Shown: piece by piece, positions 35,057 through 46,300 of the stretch
Numbering within the stretch: the first letter of the stretch is position 1
Layout: every line of letters starts with the position of its first letter
NCBI GenBank assembly: GCA_965228735.1
Contig: OZ245838.1
Location: 2,560,001 to 2,624,000, forward strand
Length of the DNA stretch: 64,000 nucleotides
Direction of reading: 5' to 3'
Source: Planctomycetota bacterium
GTDB lineage: Bacteria > Planctomycetota > UBA1135 > UBA2386
Notes under the pieces: model-generated
The model's input: only the letters and a program-made list of their open reading frames with translations
Databases searched by the model: none
Told to the model about the DNA's origin: nothing
Position numbers and translations under genes: made by a program

Positions 35057-35707
35057 TCACTCCTGCTCGATGCCGCGGCTCTGCACTTCGCGTAGGGTGA
35101 ACCACGTGCGGCGCTGGAGCGGCTGCAGGTAGACGTCGACCTCGACGAGCACCTCGACGCCGCCTTCGCGAACGGGCAGCAGCAGCTGCAGGGTCTCGGC
35201 CGCGAGATCGAGCGGCGGGCCGGGGTGGCCGATATCGCTCACGGGTTCGACCTCCGCGCCACCCTCGTCGCCGCCGGTGTCGAACTGGACGTCCTCGAAC
35301 CCGGACGCGGCCCAGAACTCGTCCTCGTCGGCGAGCACGCTGCCGGCCTCTTCGTTCGCTTCGCCCTCGTCGCCCCAGTCGATGGCGTCGACGTCCGGCT
35401 CCGGCGGTGCGACCTCGGCGACGGGTGCCGGGGCGGCCGCGAGCGGCCGGTAGAACGCGCGCACCTCGTCGATCGGCGCCTTCGTCCAGAACGTCCACGT
35501 GCGGCCCTGGAAGCGTTCGTAGCCGCGGTCGACCTCGAGCCGGTAGCTCACGTTCACCATGGAGTCGAGCGTCGCGGGCAGAAAGACCGGGATGTCCGAC
35601 CGCTCGGCGCCCTCGAGCCCAACCGGCTCCTCGCCGCCGCCGCACGCCGCGAACGCCACCGCAACGGTGAGGATGGAGACCATGCGGACGACGACTCGAC
35701 GGATCAC
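35057..35707 (-). CDS. Acidic hypothetical lipoprotein
   Basis: Lipobox AFAA-C-GGG; Asp/Glu-rich centre; GATAAT 6 nt upstream of the GTG. Confidence 0.75.
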   Translation of the reverse strand: MIRRVVVRMVSILTVAVAFAACGGGEEPVGLEGAERSDIPVFLPATLDSMVNVSYRLEVDRGYERFQGRTWTFWTKAPIDEVRAFYRPLAAAPAPVAEVAPPEPDVDAIDWGDEGEANEEAGSVLADEDEFWAASGFEDVQFDTGGDEGGAEVEPVSDIGHPGPPLDLAAETLQLLLPVREGGVEVLVEVDVYLQPLQRRTWFTLREVQSRGIEQE

Positions 35708-35850
35708 ATCGGAATTATCGGCAGCGGCCCGGGGCGCCGTTGAGCCGGTCCCGGAATCGGTCCCGCTGGCCTCGAACCCCCGCCGTCATGGGCAGGGCGC
35801 CGCGCCTGGCCGATGGCACCCGCCCACCCGATCTGGCACCCTGGCGGGCG

Positions 35851-37356
35851 ATGCGCTGGCACCCCGCCGTCCCGATCCTCGCCAATCGGCTGCTCGCACT
35901 GCTCGTTCTCGCCCTGCTGGCCGGCTGCGCGACCGCGCCGCCCCGCGCGGAACGACCGAACATCCTGTTCCTCTATGCCGACGACCTGCGGCGCGACGCC
36001 GTGGGTGCGTTCGGCGGCGAGAACGTGATGACCCCGGCCATCGACGCGCTCGCGGAGCGCGGCACCGCACTCACCGACGTCTACTGCATGGGCTCGCGCC
36101 ACGGTGCGGTCTGCATCCCGTCGCGCGCGATGGTGCTGTCGGGCCGCGTGCTCACGCGCGCGCCCGACGACATGGCGGGCCTCGTGACGCTGCCCGAGCT
36201 GCTGCGCGACCAGGGCTACACGACGTTCATGACGGGGAAGTGGCACAACGGCGACGCGGCGCTGCGGCGTGCGTTCCCGAACGGGCGCGCGATCCTGCGC
36301 GGCGGCATGGCGAACCACTTCGCGATCGACCTCTGCGACGTCGAGGGCGGCGTCGTCAAGAACCAGGGCGTGCGCCCGGGTCACGCGACCGACCTGTTCG
36401 CCGACGCCGCGATCGACTTCCTCGCGAGCGACGCCGCCCAGGCCAGGCCGTTCCTGGCCTACGTTGCGTTCACTGCGCCGCACGATCCGCGCGACCCGCC
36501 CAAACAATGGCTCGACCGCCTGGCTCGCGATCTGCCACCGCCGGACCTGCCGCCGAACTTCCGCGGCCAGCACGGCCTCGACCTCGGCAAGCCGACGATG
36601 ACGGTGCGGGACGAGAACCTCATGGGCTGGCCGCGCGACGAACATCCGCTGCGCGATCAGCTCGCGGAGTACCGCGCGTTGATCGCGCATCTCGACCAGC
36701 GCATCGGCGACATCCTCGTCACGCTCGATCGCCACGGCCTGCGCGACAACACGCTGGTCGTGTTCGCGGCCGACCACGGCCTCGCGATGGGCAGCCACGG
36801 CCTGCTCGGCAAGCAGAGCGTATACGAACACTCGATGGCGTCCCCGGTCGTGCTCGCCGGCCCGGGCGTCCCCGCCGGCGCGCGCCGCGCGGGGCTGACG
36901 TATCTGCTCGACCTCATGCCGACGATGCTGGCGGCGGCCGGCGCGGCCGCGCCCGCCGAGATCGAAGGGCGCGATCTGTGGCCGTTGATCGAAGGTCATG
37001 GCCCCGGCCGCGAAGCGCTCCTGCTGGCCTACGCGACGACGCAACGCGCCGTGCGCGTCGGCGACCACAAGCTGATCCGGTTCCCGCAGATCGACCGCAC
37101 GCTGCTGTTCGACATCGGGCGCGACCCGCACGAGATGAACGACCTCGCCGACTCCCCGGAGCACGCCCCCTTGCGCCAGGCACTCGAAGCGCGACTCCGC
37201 GCGGAGCAGCAGAACGTCGACGACGACCTGCCGTGGACCGCCGCGGAGGTGCAGCCCGCGACGATCGACCTCTCGGGCAAGCGCTTTCGCCCGGACCGCT
37301 GGCAGCCACGCTGGATCGTCGAGAAGTACTGGCCCGAAGAACTCTGGCGCCGCTAG
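35851..37356 (+). CDS. Cys-type sulfatase, lipoprotein
   Basis: LLAG-C lipobox; RPNILFLYADD, CIPSRAMVLSG (CxPxR), TGKWHNG, APHDP, ADHG...GSHGLLGKQSVYE. Confidence 0.93.
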   Translation: MRWHPAVPILANRLLALLVLALLAGCATAPPRAERPNILFLYADDLRRDAVGAFGGENVMTPAIDALAERGTALTDVYCMGSRHGAVCIPSRAMVLSGRVLTRAPDDMAGLVTLPELLRDQGYTTFMTGKWHNGDAALRRAFPNGRAILRGGMANHFAIDLCDVEGGVVKNQGVRPGHATDLFADAAIDFLASDAAQARPFLAYVAFTAPHDPRDPPKQWLDRLARDLPPPDLPPNFRGQHGLDLGKPTMTVRDENLMGWPRDEHPLRDQLAEYRALIAHLDQRIGDILVTLDRHGLRDNTLVVFAADHGLAMGSHGLLGKQSVYEHSMASPVVLAGPGVPAGARRAGLTYLLDLMPTMLAAAGAAAPAEIEGRDLWPLIEGHGPGREALLLAYATTQRAVRVGDHKLIRFPQIDRTLLFDIGRDPHEMNDLADSPEHAPLRQALEARLRAEQQNVDDDLPWTAAEVQPATIDLSGKRFRPDRWQPRWIVEKYWPEELWRR

Positions 37357-37404
37357 CCAGGCCACGGCACGGCTACTGCCCGGGCCACTCCGCTGCGAGC
37401 GAAC

Positions 37405-38163
37405 TCAGTCCGAACCGGCTTCGGCCTTCTGCGGCAGCAGCTCACCGAGGAACTGCGGCAGCATCTTGCGCCACGTCACCCAGTCGTGACGCCACTCCTT
37501 GCCCCACGCGTCGACACGGTTGGGGATGCCCTTCGGACCGAGCACGCGTTCGACCTTCCAACTCTGCTCGGGCTCCTCGTAGTCGCCCTGGCCGTGCGCC
37601 AACAGGATGAAGCGTTCCTTGAGCAGCTGGAGGTGCTTGCCCTCGAGATCACCGACGAAGTCGAGCGGCGAGCTCGCGTAGTAGTCGCGCGTCTTCTGCC
37701 CGGGCAGGAACTTGTCCATGTTGTAGGTCCCGCTCATGCAGATCGCGGTGCCGAACACGTCCGGGTGGCGACACGTGAGCGCGAGCGCGTTGAACGCGCC
37801 GATCGACGCGCCCGCGGTCCAGATGAGACCGGCGTCGCCGCCGCAATCGCGATGGATCGCCGGCGCGACCTCGCGGTAGAGACACTCGTCGAAGCGGTTC
37901 TGCGCGCGCGCCGCATCCGCGAGCGTCTCGCACTCCTTGACCCAGGCCTGCCCCGCGACCGAGTCGACGCAGTAGACCTTGAGGCGCAGGTCCTTGATGA
38001 AGTCGCCGACCGCGTCGATCAGGTGGAAGCGCTCCGGCTCCTCCGCGTCGCCGCCGGCCGTCGGGAACAGCAGGAGCGGCGTCCCCTCGATGCCGTACCG
38101 CGCGAACGTGATCTCGCGGCCGCCGAGGGCCGGGGACCGCCAGGTGATCTTGTGCTTGCTCAC
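37405..38163 (-). CDS. Alpha/beta-hydrolase esterase
   Basis: PLLLFPTAGGD, nucleophile GASIGA, WRHDWVTWRKML; GTG start overlaps the ATP-grasp stop. Confidence 0.88.
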   Translation of the reverse strand: MSKHKITWRSPALGGREITFARYGIEGTPLLLFPTAGGDAEEPERFHLIDAVGDFIKDLRLKVYCVDSVAGQAWVKECETLADAARAQNRFDECLYREVAPAIHRDCGGDAGLIWTAGASIGAFNALALTCRHPDVFGTAICMSGTYNMDKFLPGQKTRDYYASSPLDFVGDLEGKHLQLLKERFILLAHGQGDYEEPEQSWKVERVLGPKGIPNRVDAWGKEWRHDWVTWRKMLPQFLGELLPQKAEAGSD

Positions 38164-39404
38164 GACTGCGTCTTCTCCATGTCGTCGACCGACTGCCGCA
38201 CCAACCCGACGAACTTGTCGGTGAACTCGTCGACCTCGTGCTCGGGGAACAGGTGGGCGACCTTCTTGCGCGCGGCCTCGACCAGTCGGTCGCTGCGATA
38301 CCACGCGTTGGCGGCCTCTTCGAGCGGCCCCAGGTGCTTCTCGGAGAACTCCTCGAACTCGTCGGCCTGCAGCCGCTTCCTCGCGATCGCCCCGTAGCGC
38401 TCGAGTTTGTCCTCGTACGACCCCTTCTCCGCCGCGATCTTGTAGTAGGGCGCGAAATCGAGGTTCTTCGGCATCTTGCGCCGCTTGGCCGCGCAGAACA
38501 CCGCCCACTTGAGGTTGGCCGTGAGATACCACGGCCAGTGGTAGTGGATCGAGTTGATCTGGCTGTCCGGGCACGGGTTGGCGAAGTCGATCGGGTAGAA
38601 CGTGCCGTCCTTGCGCAGCGCCTCGCAGCTGTTGAAGTCCCAGCCGAAGAACGTGTTGATCGTCAGGCAGGTGTCGATCAGTGTCTGCTGGTCCGCCGCG
38701 CTGCAGAAGTCGCGCTCGATCGTGTAGCGCTCGTGCAGCGGCTGCTCCGGGTCGTACTTGATGAGCCGCACCTGCGGGCCGATGCCGATCGCGCGCACGA
38801 ACAGATCCGAGCCGTCGACGGCCCGCTGCACGTGCATCAGGTACTTGTCGCTGTCCTCGTAGTTCTGCTGCAGGCCGTCCTCGTCGTCGGCCTTGCTGAC
38901 CCCCTTCCAGCCGCCGCCGTCGTACGGCTTCATGAACGACGGGAAACCGAGGTCACGACCGATCGACTTGACGTCGAACATGTCGGCGTAGGCCGACAGC
39001 GTGTAGTCGAGATCGTCGGCCCCGTCGTAGTTCTTCTGCGGCAGCATGACCGTGGGCGGCACCGGCATGCCGAGCGCGATCATCGCGCAGTACGAGCTGT
39101 GCTTGGTGTAGCTCTGGACCGACCACGGGTTGTTGTAGACGTAGAGCCCGTCCATCAGGATCGCCTTCTTGATCCACTCGCGCTGCAGCGTGAGCCAGTG
39201 CGTGAGGCGATCGACGACGACGTCGTACTTGCAGCCCTTCGTGAGCTCGAACGGCTTGATGCGGACGCGTTCGCACGCGAAATCGACGATCTCGCGCCCG
39301 AGCGGCAGCTCGAGTTTGGCCGCGGCGAGGATCTCCTCGAACGCGATCGGCCAGCAGATGTCGGCCCCGAGGGAAAGGCCGATGTGACGGGTGGCGTTGG
39401 GCAT
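38160..39404 (-). CDS. ATP-grasp (RimK/glutathione synthetase-like) peptide ligase
   Basis: YDVVVDRLTHW, NNPW..K...Y, LGMPVPPTVMLP, FMKPYDGGGWKGV, DFNSCEAL.KDG..YPIDFANPCPD. Confidence 0.88.
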   Translation of the reverse strand: MPNATRHIGLSLGADICWPIAFEEILAAAKLELPLGREIVDFACERVRIKPFELTKGCKYDVVVDRLTHWLTLQREWIKKAILMDGLYVYNNPWSVQSYTKHSSYCAMIALGMPVPPTVMLPQKNYDGADDLDYTLSAYADMFDVKSIGRDLGFPSFMKPYDGGGWKGVSKADDEDGLQQNYEDSDKYLMHVQRAVDGSDLFVRAIGIGPQVRLIKYDPEQPLHERYTIERDFCSAADQQTLIDTCLTINTFFGWDFNSCEALRKDGTFYPIDFANPCPDSQINSIHYHWPWYLTANLKWAVFCAAKRRKMPKNLDFAPYYKIAAEKGSYEDKLERYGAIARKRLQADEFEEFSEKHLGPLEEAANAWYRSDRLVEAARKKVAHLFPEHEVDEFTDKFVGLVRQSVDDMEKTQS

Positions 39405-39443
39405 GGGCGAGCGGCGTAGCTTAGTGGGACGTCGGCTCCAAAC

Positions 39444-40580
39444 CTACTCGTAGACGAGCCAGAGCGGCCCGGGGAACAGGAACGACAGCCCCTCGCGTAG
39501 CTGGTCGCGCCAGTTCTCCCAGTTGTGGCCGTCGTTGGCCTCGGTGAGGCGGACCTGCATCCCGGTCTCGGTCAGGAGCGGCAGCAGCGAGCGGTTGTAG
39601 TAGATCAGCGACTCGTAGACGCCGCAGCTCATGAACACCTGGTCCGCGGGCCGACCGGGGTCGTCGCGGAAGCGGTTGACGAACTCCACGACGGGATCGA
39701 ACACGGGGCCGCGGTCGTGCTCGCCGATGTCGGTGAACACGAACGAACCGGACTGCAGCAGCAGCTTGCCGAAGAAGCCGGGATGACGCCAAGCGGTCGA
39801 CAGCGACGCGACCGCGCCGAAGCTCGCGCCCGCGAGCGCGCGCGCCGCCGGATCACGGACGAGCGGCAGCAGCTCCTCCATCGCGGGCACGAGGTCCTGC
39901 ACGATGAAGTCGCCGTGCCTCGGATCGGCGGCGTACTCGTTCATCCGATCCTCGGATTGGGTCATCACGGCTACGAGCGGCGGGATCTCGAGCCGATGGA
40001 TCAGGTTGTCGAGCACGTGCTGCAGGTTGGCGAACGACAGGTAGTCGAAGCCGTCGTGCACGACGAGCAGCGGATAGCGCCGAGTCTCGCGGAATCGCGC
40101 CGGGCGGTAGATCTTGATCTCGCGCCAGTCAGAGAAGACCTTGCTCTCGACGTGGCGGTCCTCCACCGTTCCGGGCCGCGCCTCGTCGTCGGGCATCGAC
40201 CAGTCGGGCGGCTCGTAGCCTTCGCCGTAGACGACCGAGTTGGCGCCGAACGGATCACGCGCGAGGTGCGTGTTGAGCGGATCGCGGATCAGCCGGCCGC
40301 GGCCGCGCACCGCGACGCCGAGCTTGTACTCCATGCGCGAACCGCGCGGCAGGTCGATCTGCAGCACCCAGAGGTCACTGCGCTCGATGCGGCGGAACGG
40401 CATCGAACCCGGCAGACCGTGGATCCAGTGGTGCAGCGTGACCTCGTCGGCGCGCCCCTGGAACAGGAACGTCACCTGACGCCCCTGCACGCACGGGAAC
40501 TCGGTCTCGGCGAGCAGCGCCTCGACCGCGACCTTGCCCGTTGCCACGGCGCGTTCGATGTCGGCCAGCACGACGCTCAT
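39444..40580 (-). CDS. Fes-like esterase with an N-terminal Ig/CBM48-like domain
   Basis: VTFLFQG, LWVLQIDLPRGSRMEYK..RDPLN (early-set domain), YPLLVVHDG, GASFGA, GHNWENWRD. Confidence 0.88.
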   Translation of the reverse strand: MSVVLADIERAVATGKVAVEALLAETEFPCVQGRQVTFLFQGRADEVTLHHWIHGLPGSMPFRRIERSDLWVLQIDLPRGSRMEYKLGVAVRGRGRLIRDPLNTHLARDPFGANSVVYGEGYEPPDWSMPDDEARPGTVEDRHVESKVFSDWREIKIYRPARFRETRRYPLLVVHDGFDYLSFANLQHVLDNLIHRLEIPPLVAVMTQSEDRMNEYAADPRHGDFIVQDLVPAMEELLPLVRDPAARALAGASFGAVASLSTAWRHPGFFGKLLLQSGSFVFTDIGEHDRGPVFDPVVEFVNRFRDDPGRPADQVFMSCGVYESLIYYNRSLLPLLTETGMQVRLTEANDGHNWENWRDQLREGLSFLFPGPLWLVYE

Positions 40581-41515
40581 GCCTTCACCTCGATCGTCGT
40601 GCCCGTCGGTGACAAGACCAGCGAGTCGGCCGCTGCCGCCCAGGCCTTGCCGTCCCAATTGAAGCGCGAACCGCCGACGAGCAGCGCCGCGAGCGCGGGT
40701 GCGAAGCGGCGCGCGAGCACCTCCATGCTGCGTTCGTCGTCGAGCTGCAGCCGATGACGCGCATGCGGCAGCGCGACGAAGCCGGGGAGGCAACCGAAGC
40801 CGCGCTCCATGACCTCGGGGTAGTTGCTGCCCTGCGGCGGCGCGTCATGAAACAGCACGATCCGTTCCGTCAGCACCATCGCGCCGGCCGACCACGCGAT
40901 CACGGGCCGATCGCCCCACAGCCCCATCACGTCGAACAGCCGCATCCGATGCAGCAGCACCGCGACGTGACCGCCGGCGACGAGCAGGCAGGACGCGTCG
41001 CGCAGGATCGCGTCGAGCTCGCGACGGTGCTTCACGACGGCGTCACGTTCGCCGGGCTTGATGCGCGACTCGAACTCCTCGTGCACGGCGGCGACGCGCG
41101 TCTCGTGCCCGCGGTCGAGCGTGCGGACGAGCTCCAGCGCCGCCTGCCGCTCGGGCTCGAGCAGATCGGGATCGTCCTCGCGCCGATGCAGTTCGCAGAG
41201 CGGGTCCATCAGCCCTTCGAGGCGCATGCGATACAGCGCCTGCATCTTGCGCAAGCGCGCGTGCCGTTCGCGAATCGCGGTCAAGAGCTCCGGATCGGCG
41301 GCGAAGATGCGCTCGACCCGACTCCAGATCGCGAGGTTTTGCACGGGCCGCCCGACGTGATCGCAGAGCTCGTCGTCCTCGGCCTCGCGTTCTTCCCAAC
41401 CCGCAGTGATGGCGACGACGGCGCCGCTTTTCTGGTCGGGTACGAGCGCGTCGACCGCGTCACAGACGGTCTTCACCCGGCGCTGGGGTCCGAGAACGAT
41501 GGCGGTGCTGAGCAT
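40577..41515 (-). CDS. Peptidase S51/cyanophycinase-like class I GAT-fold protein
   Basis: ITAGWEERE, LVAGGHVAVL, nucleophile WSAGAM, ALPHARHRL. Confidence 0.8.
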   Translation of the reverse strand: MLSTAIVLGPQRRVKTVCDAVDALVPDQKSGAVVAITAGWEEREAEDDELCDHVGRPVQNLAIWSRVERIFAADPELLTAIRERHARLRKMQALYRMRLEGLMDPLCELHRREDDPDLLEPERQAALELVRTLDRGHETRVAAVHEEFESRIKPGERDAVVKHRRELDAILRDASCLLVAGGHVAVLLHRMRLFDVMGLWGDRPVIAWSAGAMVLTERIVLFHDAPPQGSNYPEVMERGFGCLPGFVALPHARHRLQLDDERSMEVLARRFAPALAALLVGGSRFNWDGKAWAAAADSLVLSPTGTTIEVKA

Positions 41516-41757
41516 TTTGGGGGCGAATCTCGTATCCGAGGGCCCGGCCAGAAGGAAGGGTCGCGTTACGCGGTTCGGGCCAAGGGCCGGATCCCGGCAC
41601 GAGACCGACCGCCCCGACGCTGCTCGGGCTCGAAGCATTCACCCAGGGCGCTGCGGTCAATCCGCCGAACAGCACGTTCTCGGGGTCACGCTGACGCGCG
41701 GACTCCGCGTCACCATCGGCCGCTGAGCGTCGATCGCGGCCGGAGCGCCGGTGCGCT

Positions 41758-43299
41758 ATGGTCGGGGCTCCCCACCGCCCCGCCGGAGACCTCGTGCCGA
41801 GACGATCGCCTTCCGTTCCGCGACTCAAGTGCGTCGCGGCCACCGCCCTGCTCGCGTTCGCCGCGCCGGCTCTCGCCGTCGCCCAGGACCTCGACGTCGC
41901 CAAGACGAAGCTGCAGCATCGCATGGAGGCCGAGGTCAGGAACGGCGTCAGCACGTGCGTGCAGGCCGACAGCGTCGAAGCCGTCGAGCTGCTGCTCGAG
42001 ATGTTCGAGCAGGAGACGCGCCGGACCCGCGTCCACCTGTCACCGGGTCACTACCGCGACATCTCGTGGGAGGGCTTCATCAAGATCAAGGACCCGTACG
42101 CGCGGCGGCGCGTCGAGCTCGAGCTCAAGAAGGGCAAGAACCCGCGCGTTCGGCAGTGGTGCGCCGAGGCGCTCGGCATCTACGGCGACCGCGGCTTCGG
42201 GAGCACCCTGGAGAAGGCGCTGTCCGCGCGTGAGCCCTACATCATCCAGTGGGCCGCGCGCTCGCTCGGGATGCTGAAATACGACGCTGCCAACAAGAAG
42301 CTGCAGACGCGCACCAAGCACAAGGACGACTTCGTCCGCGCCAACGCGATCGAGGCGCTCGCGCGCATCGACGACAGCACCTACCTCGTGCCGTTCCTCG
42401 TGTCGATCCGCGAGGACAGGAGCGGCGGCGTGCGATGCGCGCTGCTCGGTGCCGCCCCCGAGGTCTGCCCCGATCGCGTCGAGGAGGCCAGCACGACGGC
42501 CCTGCAGGATCCGGACTGGCGACCGCGCATGCAGGCCGTGCAGAACCTCGGGAAGATCCGCACGAAGACGGCAGTCGACGCGCTCGTCGAAGGGCTGAAG
42601 GACGGCCGCCCCGTCGTCGCCGCGCGGGCGCTGAAGGAGCTGCAGGAGCTCACGGGTCAGCCGATCGAACAGCCCGACGTCTGGCGCAGGTGGTGGGCCG
42701 ACAACCGCGAGTCGTTCGCGTTCCCCGAAGGCCGCAGCAAGGCGCAGAAGAAGTCGACGGGCACGGTCGCCTACAACGGCGTGCCGGTCGACAGCGACCA
42801 CGTCGCGTTCCTCATGGACAAGTCCTACCTCATGAAGGAGGACCTCACGAGCAAGGGCACGAGCAAGGAGGAGGCCGCCGTTGCCGAACTCGACCGCGTG
42901 CTCTCCGTGCTGCCCGAGGGGCTCGTCTTCAACGTCTTCAACTACGACACCGAGCTGCGCCCCTTCCGCAAGAAGCCGGCAGAGCTGAGCCCCAAGGTCC
43001 GGAAGCGCGCGGTCGCGTTCGCCAGCGCCGAGAGCGACGGGCGCGAGAAGGACATCTGGAACGCGCTGTCGACGGTGATGCAGGACGAGACGCTCGACAC
43101 GATCTACCTGCTGTCCTCGGGCGAACCCGACACCGGCCTCTACGTGCACTGGAACCGGGTCACGCGTCACATCGCCGACCTCAACCGCTTCCACAAGGTG
43201 ACGGTCCACAGCGTGGCCTACACGGACAACAAATGGTATCGCGACCAGCTCGAGAAGATCGCGCAGGTGACGGACGGCACGTTCGTCTGGTTCGAGTGA
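41758..43299 (+). CDS. Secreted HEAT-repeat protein with a C-terminal vWA domain (start uncertain)
   Basis: Signal peptide ...ALLAFAAPALAVAQ; HEAT repeats VRQWCAEALG, VRANAIEALA, DWRPRMQAVQNLG; vWA region AFLMDKS...DTIYLLSSGEP...LEKIAQVTDG. Confidence 0.85.
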   Translation: MVGAPHRPAGDLVPRRSPSVPRLKCVAATALLAFAAPALAVAQDLDVAKTKLQHRMEAEVRNGVSTCVQADSVEAVELLLEMFEQETRRTRVHLSPGHYRDISWEGFIKIKDPYARRRVELELKKGKNPRVRQWCAEALGIYGDRGFGSTLEKALSAREPYIIQWAARSLGMLKYDAANKKLQTRTKHKDDFVRANAIEALARIDDSTYLVPFLVSIREDRSGGVRCALLGAAPEVCPDRVEEASTTALQDPDWRPRMQAVQNLGKIRTKTAVDALVEGLKDGRPVVAARALKELQELTGQPIEQPDVWRRWWADNRESFAFPEGRSKAQKKSTGTVAYNGVPVDSDHVAFLMDKSYLMKEDLTSKGTSKEEAAVAELDRVLSVLPEGLVFNVFNYDTELRPFRKKPAELSPKVRKRAVAFASAESDGREKDIWNALSTVMQDETLDTIYLLSSGEPDTGLYVHWNRVTRHIADLNRFHKVTVHSVAYTDNKWYRDQLEKIAQVTDGTFVWFE

Positions 43300-43303
43300 G
43301 GAG

Positions 43304-46300
43304 ATGACGAGCCAGCCCGACGATCCGATCGACGCACTCGTCGAGGCGTGCATCCTCGCGCTCGAGGACGGCAACGACGACGCGATCGACGACATCGCGC
43401 GGGCCAACCCCGAGTTCGAAGCGGCGTTCCGCGAGCGCATCGAGCAGCTGCGTGCGGTCGGGCTGCTGCATCGACCCGAACCGGACGACCTGATCCCCGA
43501 ACGGCTCGGCGAGTTCCGGCTCGGGCGCCAGATCGGCCACGGCGGCATGGGCGCCGTCTTCCTCGCGCGCCAGGAATCGCTCGAACGCGACGTGGCGCTC
43601 AAGCTCATCCGACCGGAGCACGTGATGTTCGCGGGCGCGCGCGATCGGTTCCGCCGCGAGATGCTCGCCGTCGCGCGACTGTCGCATCCGGGAATCGTGC
43701 CGATCCTGACGACGGGCGAGGCCAGCGGCGTGCCCTACTACGCGATGGAACTGGTGCACGGCGCGAGCCTGGCCGAGGTGCTCGAAGAGCTCGCCGGCGA
43801 GGCGCCGGCCGCGCTCGATGGTCACGCGCTGCGCCGCGCACTGACCCGCCGGATGCGAGGCCACGGCGACAGCACGCCCATCGACGACGCGCCGGTGTTC
43901 TCGGGGTCGTGGGTGCAGGTGTGCTGCCGGCTGCTGCACGACGTCGCGAATGCGCTCGCTCACGCACACGAACGTGGCGTGCTGCATCGCGACCTCAAGC
44001 CGTCGAACATCCTGCTCACGACCACGGGCGAAGCGCGGCTCATCGATTTCGGTCTGGCCGCGGCCGAGGGCGATCGCCGCCTGACGCGCACGGGCGCGTC
44101 GTTCGGATCCGTGCCGTACATGGCCCCCGAACAGATCCGCGGCGACATGCAGAAGGTCGACGCCCGCACCGATGTCTACGGCCTCGGGGTCACGCTCTAC
44201 GAGCTGCTGACGCTCGTGCTGCCGTTCGGCAACAGCGCGTCGACCTTCGAACGGGTGGTGCAAGGCGTCGTCGAGCCGACGATCCACCACAACCCGCACG
44301 TGCACCCCGATGTCGACGCGATCTGCCTCAAGGCGATGGACGTCGATCGCGCGCGGCGATACGCGACCGCCGAAGAGTTCGGCGACGACCTGCTCGCGTT
44401 TCTCGAGCAGCGCTCGGTCCGGGCGCGGCGGCCGTCGACGTTCTTGCGGCTGCGGCGTTGGGCCGCACGCAACCCACGGCGCGCCGCCCTCACCGCGATC
44501 GCGTTCGTCGTGCTCGTGCCCGGCCCGCTGCTGTTCGCCTGGCAACGTCACGTGGCCGCGGCGGAGGTTCGCGACGCGCTGGCCATCGCCGAGGCGAACA
44601 TGGATCAGGCGCTCGCCGCCGTCGACCAGATGCTCGTGCGCACGGCCGAGGCCAGGCTCGCCGAGATCCCGCGAACGGCGCAGTTGCGCGAACAGCTGCT
44701 GCAGGACGCGGTCGCGTTCCATGAACGTCTCGTCGATCTCGCGAACCGCGCGGGTGACACGCGGCGCGCGCGCATCGCCCGCGCCCGGTCGCATTGGCGG
44801 CTGGGATCGTTGCAGAGCGACCTCGGCAACCTCGACGCGGGCGTCCGGCTGCTCGAGACCGCCCGCGCGGAACTCGGTGACCTGCTCGCGACGACCGCCA
44901 GCAACGAAGGGGCGGGAGCGCGCGTGGAGCTGATCACCGAGCTCGCGCGATGCTGTGAGCGCCTCGCTGCGGGCTACGGACTCACGGCGAGACCCGAGCC
45001 CGGTGAGCCGGCCTTGCGCCAGGCAACGCGGCTGTACCGCGAAGCGGACGCCCTGGACGACGACCCGAGGTGGCGCCAGGGCGCGCTCGGCGCCGAGATC
45101 GCACTCGCGATCGCCGTCGGCCGCCAGGGTCGGTTCGATGACGCGGCCGTCCTGCTGTCGGACCTCGAGGAACGCCTCGCCGACGCCGAATCGACCCGCA
45201 TGCCCGAGCCAGCGAGGCTGCAGCTGTGGGCCCAGGTCGCGGACAGCCGCGGCATGCTCGCCGCGCGCACCGGCGACTCGCAGGACGCCCTGACCTTCTT
45301 CGAGCTCGCCGTCGAGCGCCTGGAGCGCATCCCGGCCGCGGAAGACGTGGATGACGGCGGCCGCGATCCACGCGTCTACGTGGATCTCCTCGCGCGGCTC
45401 GCGAAGATGCACGCGCAACGGCGGCAGTTCCAGCGGTCGAACGAGTTCGCGAACCGCGCGCTGACCGAGTACGAGCGGCTCGCCAGGCGTGAGCCCGACC
45501 GCCCACGCTGGCTCGGAAGAACGGCCTCCATGCTCGCCACGCGCGCCAGCAATCAGCGGCAACTCGGTGACCCCGCCGATGCGCTCCCGGACTACGATCG
45601 GGCGATCCGTCTGCTCGTCGACGTCGTGAAGAGGGAGCCCGGCAACCCGCAGCACCGGACGGTGCTCGCGCTGACCCACGCAACGCGGGCCGACGCCCGA
45701 CTCGGGGTGCGCGACCATGACGGGGCACTCGCCGACTTCGCCGCTGCCACCGCGCTGCTCGAGGCCGCGCTCGAAGAACTCCCGGACAAGGGCATGGTGC
45801 GCTCCAACCTCATGGCGCTGCGCGGCAACCACGCGCAGGCCCTGGTCGAGACCGGTGATCTGGAAGGCGCGCGCGGACTCCTCGACGTCGCGATGGGCGA
45901 GGCCGAGACGCGCACCGACCCGGAAGGGCGCCGTCACCACATCGAACTGCTCGATCGCGCGAGCGACCTCGCCTCGCGGACAGGCGACAACGAACGCGCC
46001 GAAGAACTGGCCGAGGAAGCCACCGAACGCGCGCGCAAGCTGCTTGCGGACCGCCCGGACGACCCCGTGCGCCAGATCACCTTCACGTTGATGTCGCTCA
46101 ACCACGGCATCTTCCTCGCCGCGCGCCAGCGCTCCGACGAGGCGCGCGAACTATGGGAGATCGCCCTCCCGGTCGCGCGTCAGGCGGCCGAGAAGGTCGG
46201 CTACGGCCGCCGCCTGCTCGGCCTCACGATGCTGCGACTCGCGCTCGACCGCTGGCGCGCCGACGACCTCGAAGGCGCCAAAGAGTGGTTCGTCACCGCG

